This document shows, piece after piece, positions 15,030-39,684 of a stretch of 64,000 bases of DNA. The stretch covers positions 5,270,001-5,334,000 of the forward strand of contig CM022665.1 in NCBI GenBank assembly GCA_012295275.1. Reading direction: 5' to 3'. Position 1 is the stretch's first letter. Every line of letters begins with the position of its first letter. A program made the position numbers and the translations under genes. Under the pieces are notes generated by a model. It saw only the letters and a program-made list of their open reading frames with translations, searched no databases and had not been told where the DNA came from. Source of the DNA: Chrysomallon squamiferum (Eukaryota; Animalia; Mollusca).

Positions 15030-15140
15030 CAGGTTGGCTTAGTCAAGTGGGTACTTCGTATTGAATGGGTCAAAATTTGTCTGAATAACAAAACTTTGTA
15101 GGTTCGATTCCTGCAAGATCCTCTGACGCATTCCGATCTT
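15030..15140 (+). mobile_element. tRNA-derived SINE-like element, copy 1
   Basis: Pol III A-box-like tggcttagtcaagtgg (15035-15050) and B box ggttcgattcc (15101-15111) in a T-arm-like hairpin, followed by a T-rich/(tta)n tail. Clearly homologous to 36311-36420. Confidence 0.65.
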
Positions 15141-15158
15141 TATTTTTCTGTTTTTTTA

Positions 15159-15211
<53 letters not shown>

Positions 15212-16731
15212 TTAAATAACGTAATAGTCTGTGATATGCCTGTGTTAATTTTGTATCTCAGTTTTGTCAACAAATAATCTATTGGTTTACTATAAATATT
15301 AATTAATGGTTTTTCTAAATGTTTTATAACAAATGATTTGTACTAAATTTAGAGAGTCACGTTTTCAAAACAGTTACAATAGGCCTGTCAATTTTTTTTT
15401 TGTTTTTGTTTTGAAACATCGTAATATAAATGAATAATAAAATTACCATAGCCTCGCTCCGAAATTTGAGTGACATTTTGTACAGCAATGAAATTTTAAG
15501 TACTCAACCACGCGCGTCACTCATGGTTCGTTATCGATAATTTTATACTCAGTTTTCGATACAGCTGTTTCACCTTTTAGAACTGATAGAATTTCTTTTT
15601 TTCGGTGTTCATAAAATGTTCATAAATAATTGAAATAAATTAATATAGATATTAAATAATACCGTAACAGGGTATTACTGTGTAACCCCTCCAAAAAAAA
15701 CACACACAGACACACTCACACACAAAAAACAACAACAACAACAACAACAACAAAAAAAAAACCCACAAAAACACACGAAACAAACAACGGACAAATAAAT
15801 AAATAAATAAATAAATAAAGTTCCATGACAGTAAAAATTGGAGAGAGAGAAAGCAAAAAAGAAAGTTAAAAAAACAAGAGAGAAAATGAAGTGAAATACT
15901 TTAAAATAACTAACTGGTAATCAGCCTAATAATGTTATTAACAATAAGTATTAATAACAGTAACAACAATAACAACAATAATAATAATAAACACAAGAAG
16001 AAAAACAAAAATAAACTACTGCGTCTAATATTTCAAATTGTTCGTACTTCAAACATGGTGGATGTATTATATAACATTCAGGTAAACTTTAAAATGTATG
16101 TATAAGATCAGCTACTTCACATGTCACTGGACAAAGTGGTTTATTCAATGGAGAAGTTCTTATTGTTGAGTTAACGACCAAAATCACTCATTGGTACCCA
16201 CATCTTCACATAGTCGAGTTAGGTCTTATAAAAATTATATATTAAAGCGATATCATTCGTTTGACACTTGATATGATTTATTTATTTATTTATTTATTTT
16301 TAGCTGTCACTGGGTTAGTCGAATGTCCACACGGTATTCCGCCTGAATCTACAACTGTCGGGTGAATGGTTTAAAGGGAGATAAACCTTTCTAAAGACTA
16401 AATGTTCGTGACGCCAAAGATGATTCCTTCCAGGACGTTTATATTCATGTGATAAAACAATTCTGTGTGTGGTCTGTTTGTACTTATATATGAATGTGTT
16501 TATGTACAAAAAAAAAAAAAAAAAAAAATGGAAATATTCCTTAAAATGGTTGTATATATTAAATAAATATTATATTATATATAGTAAATATTCTGGCAAG
16601 TGAACCCGCGAAAGAAAAAAACCCAAACAAACTAAATAAATAAATAAACAAAACAACGAACAACAACATCAAAAAAAAAAAAAAAAAAAAAATTAATTAA
16701 AAAAAGGTAAGAAAGAAGAACACCTACTACG

Positions 16732-16776
<45 letters not shown>

Positions 16777-17287
16777 GATTGAAGTAAATATAATTTTAAA
16801 ATAATTATAAACAATCAGGTTTACGAAAATATTTTAAAGCAGTACCATTCACGATCATGTTTAAGCTGTGGTGTTTATGAATGTTGACGCATTCTTTTAT
16901 TATTTGTATATTTATTTATCTTATCACTGTCGTCTTTGACATATATTTGACATTTTCATTTGTTATTATGTTGGGGTAACACTCAAGGAAGTATTATTAT
17001 GATGAAAAAGGTGTTAATTTCGTCACATTTATCAAAATATACATAAATGATAACTTAATGACAAAACCACGTTATAAGGGATACAATGAAACTAAGATCA
17101 AAATTGAAATCAGAACATTAATCAAAATACTGATCCATACCTATCTTAATGGTCGTTTTAGTAAATAATTAGTATAATCAATATTAACGTAACTTTTGAT
17201 GGTTAGGGTTTGTTTTAGATTATTTATTCTATTATAAATAAGCAATGTGTGTGTGTGTGTGTGTGTATATATTTGTTTGTATATTCG

Positions 17288-17328
<41 letters not shown>

Positions 17329-17481
17329 ATATATACACATACCCATATCTATGTAGCCAACAAACGCATTTCATGTTTGTAACATGTAAGCAAGTAAAAG
17401 AAAACCCGAATTTTAATTCAGTTTTAATTAAATGATTGTATTTTAATTTTCTCTCAGTTGTATTTATAGGAATTACTACTG

Positions 17482-17517
<36 letters not shown>

Positions 17518-18320
17518 ATAATAATAATAATAATAATTCTAATTTAAAACTGAACTCGTTTTCAATAGGTTAATTATTTCGATAATATATGAGAATGCAT
17601 CATTTGAATATTTTCAAGGAGTAATTTAAATACAGAATTCTGATGAAGTACTCGTTGGAAACTGTACAATTATTTACTCATATGATAAGAGGTTAAATTT
17701 TTGCAATTTGTTTTCAGTTTCTGAAAGAAAGAACATGGAGATCGGAATTAAATTCGAAGTTCACTGAATCTGGTCTAAAGAAAGAAACGCCATGACGACA
17801 TCAGCGAAATATGGTCCACATAAAATACTCGGGAAAACTCTTTCAAATCATCTTTGAAAAGAGGCCGAAAGATTTGTTACACAAATTTCTTGAAATGCTG
17901 CCTTGAAGTAGCTTTAAGGCTTTTGATAAAACAGATTTTGTAAAAAACTAGTTTCATTTTATGGAACATATTCTTGTACCATTTAAATTATCGTTATTGG
18001 TTCGTGTTCTGAATAATAACCGTTTGATACACTTTATATTCATATCTGCTTCTCATTATTTGGTTTTCCTTTCTTTTTCTTTTTTTCTTTTTCTTTTTTT
18101 AATTTATTTATTTACTTATTTTGTTTTTCATTTTTAAGATCTTGTATATTTGCAGTTATTATTATTTTTTAATTATAATTTCATTTTTAATTGCAATTTA
18201 TTACTGTTGTCATTTATTTTAAACTTTCTTCCTTTGGTAAGTGGTAAACTCTTAAATCAAAGAATCAATATGAATTTCTAATTCAGTAGATTTATCTCTA
18301 TTTACGTCATATATTTTTAG

Positions 18321-18930
18321 TTTGATTAAATCAAGACAAGGAAGTGTAAAATCCAAAATAACTTCTACCAAAGACAAAACAACCATCAATCATGTTGGAG
18401 TTCTCACTACAGCAGCATCATCATCCATCAGTCAAAAGACGTCTCCTTCATTTACGACAACCACGACATCATCTGACATCTTTTCAAGTACTGTTGTAGA
18501 TTCATCACATAAACTTGTTATAGATATGAAAAGGAAGCATATCAGAGTGAGTAATACATTTGGAAATATTCTAGGAAAAAAACCCACGTCAAACTCCAAT
18601 GAACCTGCTGATGACGTAGATGACGTGAATTGTTTGAAGAAACACGAGTCATTAAAATTAAATTAAAAAAAAAAACACGACAATGACGACGACATCGAAG
18701 AAAATGATATCGTTGGTGATGACAAGTACAGCAAAGGAAATATATTTTACCTACGTTGAATATGAAATTAACTTTCAAAGGTAAAGTAAAGATAACAGAT
18801 CGTTTTAAACCAATTACGTCTAAACAGAAGAAAAACAGTCTTTCTAGTCACAAAAGAAAAGAAAAGAAAAAAAAAAAAAAGCAACGAAAAAGAAAGAACA
18901 GACTTAAGGAACGACACAGGAGAAAAAAGA
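18321..18930 (+). pseudogene. Possible decayed or frameshifted coding exon (Ser/Thr-rich, then acidic, then Lys/Arg-rich); product unknown
   Basis: Acceptor-like atatttttag ends at 18320. ORF 18322-18666 is followed by protein-like continuations in other frames (KHDNDDDIEENDIVGDDKYSKG; PTLNMKLTFKGKVKITDRFKPITSKQKK). No recognisable domain and no upstream exon that could be joined in phase. Confidence 0.3.
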
Positions 18931-19158
18931 ACGTTTATTTTTTATATTTTATTATTATTTTTTTTACTAAGATTTAGCTGCCATAGGGTATTACGTTATG
19001 ACAGTGCTTGATAAACTATGACTTCTTGCGACGTGAAATGCATTGCAATAGACCTAGGGCTAGAAGTTGAATGCGACGTTAATTTAAGATGCGCGTTTTC
19101 TTTGGTTTCTCTTTTAATGTCTTTATTTTATTTATTTATTTATTTATTTATTATTTTG

Positions 19159-19190
<32 letters not shown>

Positions 19191-19828
19191 TATTTTTTAT
19201 TTTTTTATTATTGTTATATTGGTTTTTGTTTTTTATTTTATTGGATTGGTCTCTATTTGTAACAGTTAATTTACAGGGTACGTGCCAAAATATTTCTCCA
19301 CTCCATACAGGATCATATTCTGGGTCCAGATAGTGGGAAAGTTAAGAGAGTTTTAACTAGGAGGTGGAACTATGTATTTAACTGGCCAAATATATGTTCC
19401 AGTTATTTATAACATAGGATAATTTAGTTCGGATTGTTTAGTGGGAACAGTATGCAAATTAACAGAATATGGAAAGTGAAAAATAAAGAGATGGAACTAT
19501 ATATCTAAACTGCGTAATTGTTTGTTGTTTTCTTTTGTTGTTTTTTTTCGTCTAATTATAGTTTATATTTTAAAATATTTCATACAAATAGTTCATGACT
19601 TTTCTGGCTGTAAATTTCTTTTTGTTGCAATAAATATAACACAAATTTTGCTTTATTGCCTTTTATTGACCGTCTTTTATTTTTCACCATCAATACACAC
19701 ACAGATGACAAATATTTTTTACCTCTATGTCTTAACTGTTATCTTCATTTTACGTCACATACATTTACAAATATAAAAATATCTTTATTAGGCATGAACT
19801 TGAGAGTGTCTATGCATATATTTTTTTG

Positions 19829-19969
<141 letters not shown>

Positions 19970-20549
19970 CAAACAGTTAAGAAAACCTAGATGTATGGTC
20001 CATTTTGTTAAGGGCAAAAACATCTGTCTTCACAACATTTGCGCACCCGACATAATCCTGAACTTCTCTGGACAAAATTCTTGCCAATCAGCTTACAATG
20101 AGGACGATGACCGCCATAAAGAAAGAATATGAATAATCACAGTTAGTACATTATGCATTTATATTATGCAGTTTTCAATTTTTGTAGTTTATATTGCAAG
20201 TATTGACTTTCTGCAGTATATAAAAACGTCTTGTTTAATCATGGTGAAAAAATAAATATGGTACTAAATAAGTTTAAAAATGACCTCAATTGTCTGGAGT
20301 ACATTTCCTTGTCATAGATCCTATAAATCCTTTTAAATCATAAAATTATGTCAAAATGTGATAGAAATGTATTGGTCTGTAATAAAACAGTTGCATGGCA
20401 GAAGTCATATTAAGTATGACATACAGATATATTTTTTGCCTATATATTATACCTAATGACACACATACTGTTGTAGATGGCAGCAAGAAGAAAGTTAAAA
20501 CGGGCGTTGACCGGGAAGAAGAAACAGATGCTTTCTATATTTAGATATT

Positions 20550-20658
<109 letters not shown>

Positions 20659-21546
20659 ATAGTATCTTCCACTATTTTTATGGTTACAGGAATCTGTCCC
20701 AATCTCTGTTGTTAGCTTTCAGGATAAAAACACCTTCTGGACATTTACCTCCTTAGGACAATATTCTTATTATAAACACTACCATGAGGACAATAGCCAA
20801 CAAAAATAAATGTATAACAAATAAAAAATGATTGAAAATTAATACTCGAAGCGTTTCACATTATTATGTCTGATGGAGTGACTGATATTTATAGGGGTTG
20901 TTCTCCTAATGGATTAATGTTTATCAGGATACTGTCCTGGGGGTGGATAATGTCAGGGTGGAGCAGATGTCGGGGAGTCATATTTGCAATGCACGTTACA
21001 TCATTAATTTTTATTTTTATTCGAGTTATTATTTTTTAATTTTTAATTAATTTATTAACGATATATGAATCCTAAAGTTATAAACGCAACATTTTTTTTT
21101 TTTTTTTTAATTAAATCGTGTAACATTATATTATTTCACGAATTCACGAAAGCATAACAGATCTCAGAAGTCAGTAATAAAATGTTCGTTGGTAATTTGT
21201 TCCCCTTTCGTAAACAAATATAATTTACGACGGGCACCACTTTTACTTATGCGAACGTAGTTAACAATTTTGTGCGTGATATCCTGGACGAAGCCAACAA
21301 GTCTTCAATCTAAATGACGTCTTTTGTCTTTGTTAAGTGACACAGTCGTATCCTGTGAAAACGGCATTAAAAGAGACAAATTCGCCAGCGGCAAATTCCT
21401 GTCTTGTCGGTCATCCGGCGGCACACGAAAACACGTTTTCCCAAATTAGGATTGATGCATCACGCTTTACAGTTTTAAAAAAAGAACCACAGAAGCATGC
21501 GTACATTAATTTGACATATGTTGTCATGAGGAATACCTCTTTTAAT

Positions 21547-21573
21547 TGACTCAGGATGTCATCTATATATATA
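21547..21573 (+). promoter_or_regulatory. Candidate core promoter of gene A: AP-1 site plus TATA-like element
   Basis: TGACTCA at 21547-21553 and TATATATATA at 21564-21573, about 190 bp upstream of the ATG at 21756. Motif match only. Confidence 0.35.
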
Positions 21574-21755
21574 CAAGAAAGACTAATGTCAGCCGTTTTT
21601 GTTTGCTGATACATTGTGATGTGTCTAGAGTTACGAAACAGAGAACACTGCTATCTCGGGTAGGCTGGTTGAGTGCCAGCGTACCGCTGTGAAAATTAGG
21701 AATTAGAAGTTACTTAGAATTATTTTTATTATTGTCATTTCAAAATCTCAGGACC

Positions 21756-31389
<9,634 letters not shown>

Positions 31390-32560
31390 TGATAAAGGTT
31401 ATTAGACATTTGTCTTTAAATGTTGTTGTTTTTTTTTTTTTTTTTTTTTGTAAGCTGTCGGAATTCTAGAATGATTGTCGCTAAAAAAGAAAACAGATTT
31501 GTAAGATGTGTTTTACCTTCAGTTTGCAGATGACTGAGATTTCTAGCGGCAAATGTCGAAAATAGAATTCAGTTGGATAAAATGGAAGAATTTGACACTA
31601 AGCAATTCTTCTTATGTTAACATAATTTTATAATGATGTAAAGATAAAACATTTTTGTTGTCCAACATTAGAAATATTCATACTAAATTATTCTTTCTTT
31701 TATACAGATAATGCATTCAAGACTGAATTATAGAATATTAACACTGTTTTATTATATATAAATTTATTGATCCATCTAATCAAAACATTAAACGTTACAT
31801 AAAAGTAAAAATACAAAATAGGCCTAATTCCTGTCCGATTTACTGTTATTTCGTCAGAAATTTTAAGGTTTTTTTCTTTGTTTATTTATTAATTTATTTA
31901 TTTATATATTTAATTATTTATTTATTTATTTATTATAGAATTGACACTCATCTTTAGCATAGTTATACACACGTAGTGGTCAACTGTAGAATCCAAACAT
32001 TTGATCAGCTGAATCAGATGTTTCATTTCGGACATTACGTCAGACACAACGTTGCCCCATTTGGAACATACTGAACAGCTGGCTTCGTTTCGACGTCTTC
32101 AGTAGGCTACTGTCAAGACGAACCATGGGATATGCTTTACTTTTAGAATATATTTATGAACATTTTATGATGAAATTTATTATAATATGTTTGGAATTGT
32201 GTGATTCATATTATATTATCTTGGTTTACTTTAAAATGGTTAATGAATTAAATTAACACGGCTGTGGATTAAAAAAGAATAAAAGAGTACGAAGAAATTA
32301 ATATTTTATTAAAAACCTCTAGACAGGTACTTCATTGTTGTATAGACATGCTTTGTACATTTTGCGTGATCAGTATAATATTACAAGATTATAAAAGAGA
32401 GATATTCCGATCTTAGATAGATATTTATTAACTAAATACTTTTGTTTTAAATTTTTTTTTTTTTTTTTTTTTTTACCATCTTATGATATAGATTAAAATC
32501 CAGAAAATGGTATGTGTGGCTCAATACATTCTATGGAATAACTGTGATTTATTTTCGTCC

Positions 32561-32592
<32 letters not shown>

Positions 32593-33718
32593 TTTTCTTT
32601 CATAATTCCTTTACATTAAAGGTGATACAATTTTTCTTGTAAAAAAAAAAAAAAAAAAAAAATGTACGACTAATGAAAAATAGCCAACAGATGACCACAG
32701 TTGGCCACAACTGACGGAGATTATACTGCATAGTTGAAAAATCTGCAATCGTTACATTCATTAAATAAAATCGTCTACCATGTATTGAATTACGTACTAT
32801 AAATGCTCAGTGCTAATATATTTTAAACATTTTATGTATATAAATCATGTATACATTGTGTTACCAGTTTGTCATAAAATAAATTTATTTTATTTCTAAT
32901 ATTTTAGACTTTGTTTTGAAATGCGTTTTAAGATAATTATTCGATAAAGAAAAATATTACATCTGAAATATCTATCTACCTATCTACCTATCTACCTGCC
33001 TGTCTGTCTGTCTGTATGTACGTATGTCTGTCTGTCTGACTGTCTATCTGTCTGACCATCCATCCATTCACCTGTCTGTATGTGTAACTGCGTGTTTTTG
33101 AAAAATGATATAGCTTATTTGTGTGCTGTTTATTTGTATTATGTACAGCGTGATAATTAATTAGGTTTGATATATAATTAATATGAAGCCTTACGCTTAG
33201 AATTACCTGTAGCTTTGAACAATATCGAACAGAATTAATATATCCATTTCTAAAGCACTTATGTCCTCTTTTCGTCTTGAAGCCATAACAAAACTCTGCA
33301 ACAATTTGCTGTGATTTTTTTATCCATTAACATATCCTTAGGTACAGCTCTAAACAGCTTTGCAGATGTATCGTTAGATTTGCCATGCAAATTATGAATT
33401 ATTTTACGTTTCGCTTATTTTTATATATCTCAACATAAAGGTTTTGATCAATATGTCGTTACACCAGTGTTTCGAAATAGTGATGATAACAGTGTTTGAA
33501 AAGCATAATAAAATTAACATTGCTGTCTTTTATTACTAAAATTACTTTTCTGAGGGGAATAATCAATAGACAGCTTAAAAAACCAAAACAGAAAAATAAT
33601 ATAAGAAACAGGATTTTTTTTTTTTTTTTTTTTTTTGTATAATATAAACTGAATTACTGAAATATTAATACATGCATCAAAACTGAATAATAATTTTAAA
33701 ATAAATAAATAAAAATAT

Positions 33719-33816
<98 letters not shown>

Positions 33817-34565
33817 AAAGAGGTGTTGGATTGCATCTGTGTATCGGACAGGATTCGATCCCAGCATGTGAAACGAAGCATCCATCAGACTAAGCCAAAT
33901 ACATCTGTGTTTCAGAAAATTTTCATTATAGTAAATGTGGAGCTCGGTACTGACGACCTGTTGTGTCATCTATTTTTAGAAAGTGGATCACAGACTAAAT
34001 TAATCTGAATCGTACACAAGAATTTTAGACAACTTACGTGACTGTGCGTGTGTGTGTATGTATGAGTGTAAATGTGTGTGGGCGAATATGCATACGAACT
34101 GAGACTTCTAGAGAAGAATAATCTATAAATAATTTAAATAATGCATATAGTTATTATGAAGAATTATTTATTATTACAGTTAACTCATAATCAGTAACAA
34201 ATACGTATGTAATAACATACACCTAAATACATTAAACAACCACACACACACAATTATATTAACAACTATACACAAATGCGAAGTATACACATATAACTAA
34301 CAGGAAGAACTGGCATTAGTAATAGCATCTGCAGGCAAAAATGATAATTTACTGTGAAAACATAAAGCTGGAAATTGCGATGTAGTCAAAAAATAGTACA
34401 CATAACTCCACGACTTGTCTGAATTTGTTACAACAGAAGACCTCTTTAACTATCTATTTCTAGAGTAACCTACAAGGAAAAGAAAATTCAGAAAGAAGGT
34501 TAACTAATATTAAATGTAATTTTCTACAGGCATAATTATTTAAGAAATAAAACAAATAACAGTAA

Positions 34566-34600
<35 letters not shown>

Positions 34601-35542
34601 CTTAACAAAACAAAACAAAAAAAGTAAAACTAAAAGATAAAAAGAAGAAATAAAATAAATAACTGGATTGCGTAGGTGGCAATGTGGCGTGAGCCCATAA
34701 CCAAAAGGTCGTGGAAGATACGAAGTAACCACCTCACTAAGCCAGTCGGTATAAATAACAGCGAATATAATCTATAAATTACTGAACGAGATATTCCGGA
34801 AAACAACGGAAACTGTTACGAAAAACATTAATCACATGGGCGATAACTCTTAGAAGGTTCTGGCAAAAATACATCAATATTAAATAAACAGCAGTGGTGT
34901 AGTAGTAACAGGAGTAGTTGCACTGATTTGACATTAGCTACTACGGTGACAATACTAATAATATTGCAATGACAGCAGCATCAACAATAGGAACAGCAGT
35001 ATTATAGTGACAGCAATAGTAGTAATAGTACGCAGTTCTGTAGTAACAGTAGTAGGATTTGCAGTAGTATTAAAGTAACTGTAACTGGCGTATTAATAGT
35101 AATAAATAGCTTATAGTTGTTGAAATATATACCGTTAACAATGCTGACAGTGTCATCTGCCTTGTTTTACATGTAATTTGACTTTTAATTATTATAATTT
35201 CTCAAAACAAAATATAAAGACGTCGAAAACTTTTATTTTTACAGTGTATTTTTACAATTATAATTATATATCTATGATTTTATATGTAACACGGATATAA
35301 AAAATAAAGAATTATAAATACAACCATTTCAACAAATATATCCACTTGTAATTTATTTATTTATTTATTTATTTATTTAGTTACCAATTAGTAACTATTT
35401 TGGCATGATAAGCAGGAGTACCCGGTTTCTTCGAATTCCATTGGGTCCGCGCCTTACTATAGGGGCTTATCTGTTGTTTAATGTATTTTATTATTTTTAT
35501 CATGTTCTTCCTTTTAAATCAACCATCGAATAAATGAAGTTT

Positions 35543-35578
<36 letters not shown>

Positions 35579-36310
35579 CTTTTATAGTCTTAAAGTTAAA
35601 TTTAATATTTACACTAAAGAACAATGAATTAACATTTTAAATGTTTAAACATTTATAAAGACTAAACTCTGAATCATATGCATGCGTACTAATAATAGGT
35701 AGTCACTATAATACATAAATACGAACTCTCTCTACAAAAATACACACGTATAAACGCACATACTCATACAGACCCTGTACTTTTTTCTCTAAGACGAAAA
35801 TCAGCAATGTGGTCCATTTTAATATTAATTTTAATCAATTAAGATTTAATCAAACGAAATAAAAAATTTCCAGTGTAATAACTAACACTAATGAATGAAT
35901 GAATCAATAAATAAATTAAATGAAAACAAATAAATAAATAAATAAAAAAAAAAAAAAACAATTACAGATAAAAGATAATAAATAAATATTTAAAAATCCT
36001 AGTTGTGAAAGAAATCTTTTTTTTTTTATCTGCTGTTAAAACCTATCCAAATATTAAAATAATAATAATAATAAAATAATAATAAATAAATAAAATAAAA
36101 TAAATACATAAATAAATAAATGTAAAAATAAAATAAAAATAAAATAAATAATATTAACTGGAGATAAGACATTTGGCTCTACACTACAAATAATAACTGC
36201 TATCCTTTAGTTTAGTCTGTGCTCTATGTTCTAAAAATAGATGACCCAAAGGCCTTGGATCGATACAAACCCAACACTATACTATAGCTAAATTTTAAAC
36301 GTAGCTAATG

Positions 36311-36420
36311 CGACTGGCGTAGTCGAGTGGATACTTCGCTTGAATTGGTTCAAAATTTGTCTTCACAACAGATCCTTATAGGTTCGATTCCTATAAGATC
36401 CACTGACGCTATCCGGTTGC
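36311..36420 (+). mobile_element. tRNA-derived SINE-like element, copy 2
   Basis: A-box-like tggcgtagtcgagtgg and B box ggttcgattcc (36381-36391) within hairpin ttatagg-ttcgatt-cctataa. Collinear with 15030-15140, T-rich tail. Confidence 0.65.
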
Positions 36421-37008
36421 AAATTTTATTTTTTTTTCGTTTTATTTTTTAAATTCTCAGTTATTTAATTAAATATATATTAATATTTTCATCAATACAT
36501 TTCATTTTTTTTTTTAATTTTATATATATTTTGATTTTGCTAACGATTTTGCTATATTGCTTGAGCATTTTCCTGCTAGAGGCAGAACAAGAGAGCAAAT
36601 CCACTCTTTTCGAGAACTAAGTCATATATCAGCTCGGCGTTTAAGCTGTATTACAATTACTATTTTGAATTCATACAAATGCTTCGACTGGATTCAGTTA
36701 GAAAATTTATGGTCAAAATAAAAGTTACTTCAAAAAGATTTAAATCGAAGTTGTTGATGATGATATTGATGATGATAATGATTATTGTTATTATTGCTGT
36801 TATAATAATAACAATACTAATAATTATTATTATTTATTAGTAGTAGTAGTAGTAGTTGTAGTAGTAATAGTAGCAGTAGTTGTTGTTGTTGTGTTGTTGC
36901 TGACGTTGTTGTTATTTGTTGCAGTTATTGGCGTCTTTGTTGTTGCCGTCTTTATAATCTTCAGAATAAGATATTAACTGATGTTGCCAGTCTTATACAA
37001 AATCGGGG

Positions 37009-37058
<50 letters not shown>

Positions 37059-37128
37059 AAATAAAATAAAATAAAATAAAATAAAAAAAAAAAAAATAAA
37101 AATATAAATAAAAATAAAATAAAATAAG

Positions 37129-37191
<63 letters not shown>

Positions 37192-37197
37192 AATAAA

Positions 37198-37230
<33 letters not shown>
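37009..37230. repeat. Poly-A / (AAAAT)n / (AAT)n low-complexity tract
   Basis: Directly visible, about 220 bp almost entirely A with interspersed T. Confidence 0.9.
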
Positions 37231-37815
37231 TAACGATTTTTAAATCAATGGTATTACAATTTAATGTGGTCTTGTTAATATCAGTTCGTTAGCTGAAGGG
37301 AAAGGATTTAAAGATGACTCATTTGTTGTAATATGAACGCATATGGTATTTCGTGCGTGTCTGCGTCCATGAATAATTTATTGATGCATTGAAATCATGA
37401 TAACAGTTTTAGATGATTGTTAGCTGATGAATGTAATGAATAAATTAATTACTGATTGAACGAAGAATTGTCAATGTAATTTAGGAAACGAACGAAAATA
37501 ACTTTTCACTGTGTTAAAATTATTGATGTTTCTAATGAGATAGCACATCTGAGAACTGTCTGTTAAAATTTTATCCGGTAACAGTGTTGCTTAATTCGTA
37601 CATACAAATGACCCAAGCAGCTTTTATATATTTCATTATTGTTGTTGTTGTTGTTGTTGTTATTATCATCATTCATATTGATGTTGTTGTTATTGTTGTT
37701 GTTTTTATTTATTTTTTATATCTGCTGGTTTTGTTTCCGTTGTTTATTGTTGCTTTTGTAGTTATTAATAATACCTTGTTTATATTTGGAACCGGTGGTG
37801 TGATCAGTCTTTGGA

Positions 37816-37874
<59 letters not shown>

Positions 37875-38404
37875 TAGGTTACTAATATTTATGGTGTCTG
37901 CCCTAATGATAGAATATGACACAAATAAAATGAAACAAGGATATATGGAAAATGATAGTTCCTTTTTTATCGTGACGTTCTGTAAACAGATGGGTGAAAA
38001 CAATTCCATAGACATTTTTGTCAAGACATAGCAGTTCTTCATCCCAGATGGATATTACCATCATAAAAATGGATTATGTAACGAAAATTCAGCGATTATG
38101 TATATAATTAACATTTTATTACCAATGCACCGTTTTATGCAAATTAAGGCCTTACTGTATTATTTAATCTACTTGTTTTTACCACTGGTTATGGAAGCGA
38201 TCGATTGTCGTGCCATTGAGAAATGGCAATCAAATTGTGTGTGCACTGTAAACAATCAAGAATCATTCACCATCTTCTGTAATCCTTCTGAATTATTCAT
38301 CAGACGTTATGATAATCTGATAAGCTGAGCATAAAAAGTTTAGAGTCATATGAAACATTTCTAGCACAGAGTGAGCGACCACGTATCGATCCGGCACGAA
38401 CGTC

Positions 38405-38411
38405 TATAAAT
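38405..38411 (+). promoter_or_regulatory. TATA box of tetraspanin gene
   Basis: TATAAAT in a CpG-containing context 280 bp before the ATG. A plausible 5'UTR intron runs 38534 (GTATGT) to 38680 (ttgttAG). AATAAA at 39702-39707 downstream of the stop. Confidence 0.5.
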
Positions 38412-38684
38412 AGCGACGTATTTTTCGCTCAGATGGCATTTGTTCTGCAAACCAGCGTAGAGCAAGGCTCAGAATGCTTCAGTTTCTAATACAGACTCAT
38501 GTGTTCGACACGGTGTTGACGATTCGATATACGGTATGTCCTTAATGTTAAAAGAACGACATAAAACGCTGGATAAAATGCTTTGTGGTGCGTATTCCAG
38601 CAAGGAAAGGGAGTGAACTGTAAAACAGTTATTATTATTATTATTAAAAAAAAAAAAAACAATAACAAATTGTTTGTTAGCTGA

Positions 38685-39413
38685 ATGACTCAGGCAGCCA
38701 TGTGCTCGTTCACTTGCAGCAAATACTCCTTGATTGCCTTTCTCGTGGTGTTTTGGATCTACGGATGCACTCTTCTTGGTTTGGGGATATTCACGTTCGG
38801 TTACGGACTCAACAACGTTTACGTGTACAATTTCGACCGAACGATCTTTATAATACCAGGGTTTCTCGTAGCGAGCGGAATATTGATCGTCGTTGCATTC
38901 CCTTTTGTCGCTTGTTGGGGTATTGTGCGCGAAAGCAAGTGCCGTTTGGCTTGTTTCATAGCCTGCCTCTTCCTTGTTCTTGGCGTTCTGCTCGGAATCA
39001 CACTCGTCGATCTGCTGGGTCTGGACCTGGTGTTCCCCCCGCAGATCAGTCGAGAGTCGATGGACATTCTCGTTGAACAATACTACTCAACGCCGGCGGT
39101 TCGCAGTGCCGTGGACACAATGCACAAACAATACCAGTGCTGCGGATTCAAGTACGGCGCTGCGGATTACAAGGTCAATGGGTTACCCGTTCCTGCTTCG
39201 TGTGACAATGACAACTATCTAACAGGGTGCTACAGTGTTTTTCTCAACCTCGTCAACGATATAAAAGTCGAGGTGGGGTTGATATTCGGTGCTGCAGCCA
39301 TCATTCCTTTAGTCGGGATTATAATCACAGTGCTCTTAATGAGGGCAATTCGAGATCGACCGCTACAAGATGCCGAAACCGTTGTTTTACATTCCAGAAA
39401 AGAGTTTGTCTGA
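38685..39413 (+). CDS. Tetraspanin family protein (242 aa, uninterrupted CDS, 4-Cys large extracellular loop)
   Basis: Four hydrophobic segments; N-terminal CSKYSL; ACWGIVRESKCRL after TM2; large loop with YQCCG, PASC and TGC motifs, which are tetraspanin hallmarks. GC/CpG-rich coding composition. Confidence 0.92.
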   Translation: MTQAAMCSFTCSKYSLIAFLVVFWIYGCTLLGLGIFTFGYGLNNVYVYNFDRTIFIIPGFLVASGILIVVAFPFVACWGIVRESKCRLACFIACLFLVLGVLLGITLVDLLGLDLVFPPQISRESMDILVEQYYSTPAVRSAVDTMHKQYQCCGFKYGAADYKVNGLPVPASCDNDNYLTGCYSVFLNLVNDIKVEVGLIFGAAAIIPLVGIIITVLLMRAIRDRPLQDAETVVLHSRKEFV

Positions 39414-39594
39414 TTCGTGCTGCTTGATGCACGAATGATCGTTTAAAGCACTGATGACAATCAAGTATTAATATTCACATTACTTCTCATTAAGGAATTT
39501 CTGTGTTTTAACGGAACTAATGCTGAAGTTTTCATTTATATTGATTACGTTGTGGAGACAAAAATAACGAAAGCTTTTATATTTAAAAAATCAA

Positions 39595-39684
<90 letters not shown>

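Noticed and set aside
15030-15140. Possible functional tRNA gene (also 36311-36420)
   Set aside because: A and B boxes are present but I could not form acceptor and anticodon stems, and the two copies are too diverged for true tRNA genes.
20722-20980. Degenerate foldback-like element (ggacatttacc / ggataatgtc motifs)
   Set aside because: Probably an old MITE, but termini and TSD could not be defined.
38469-39222. Overlapping alternative-frame and antisense ORFs over the tetraspanin
   Set aside because: By-products of the GC-rich CDS; no motifs.
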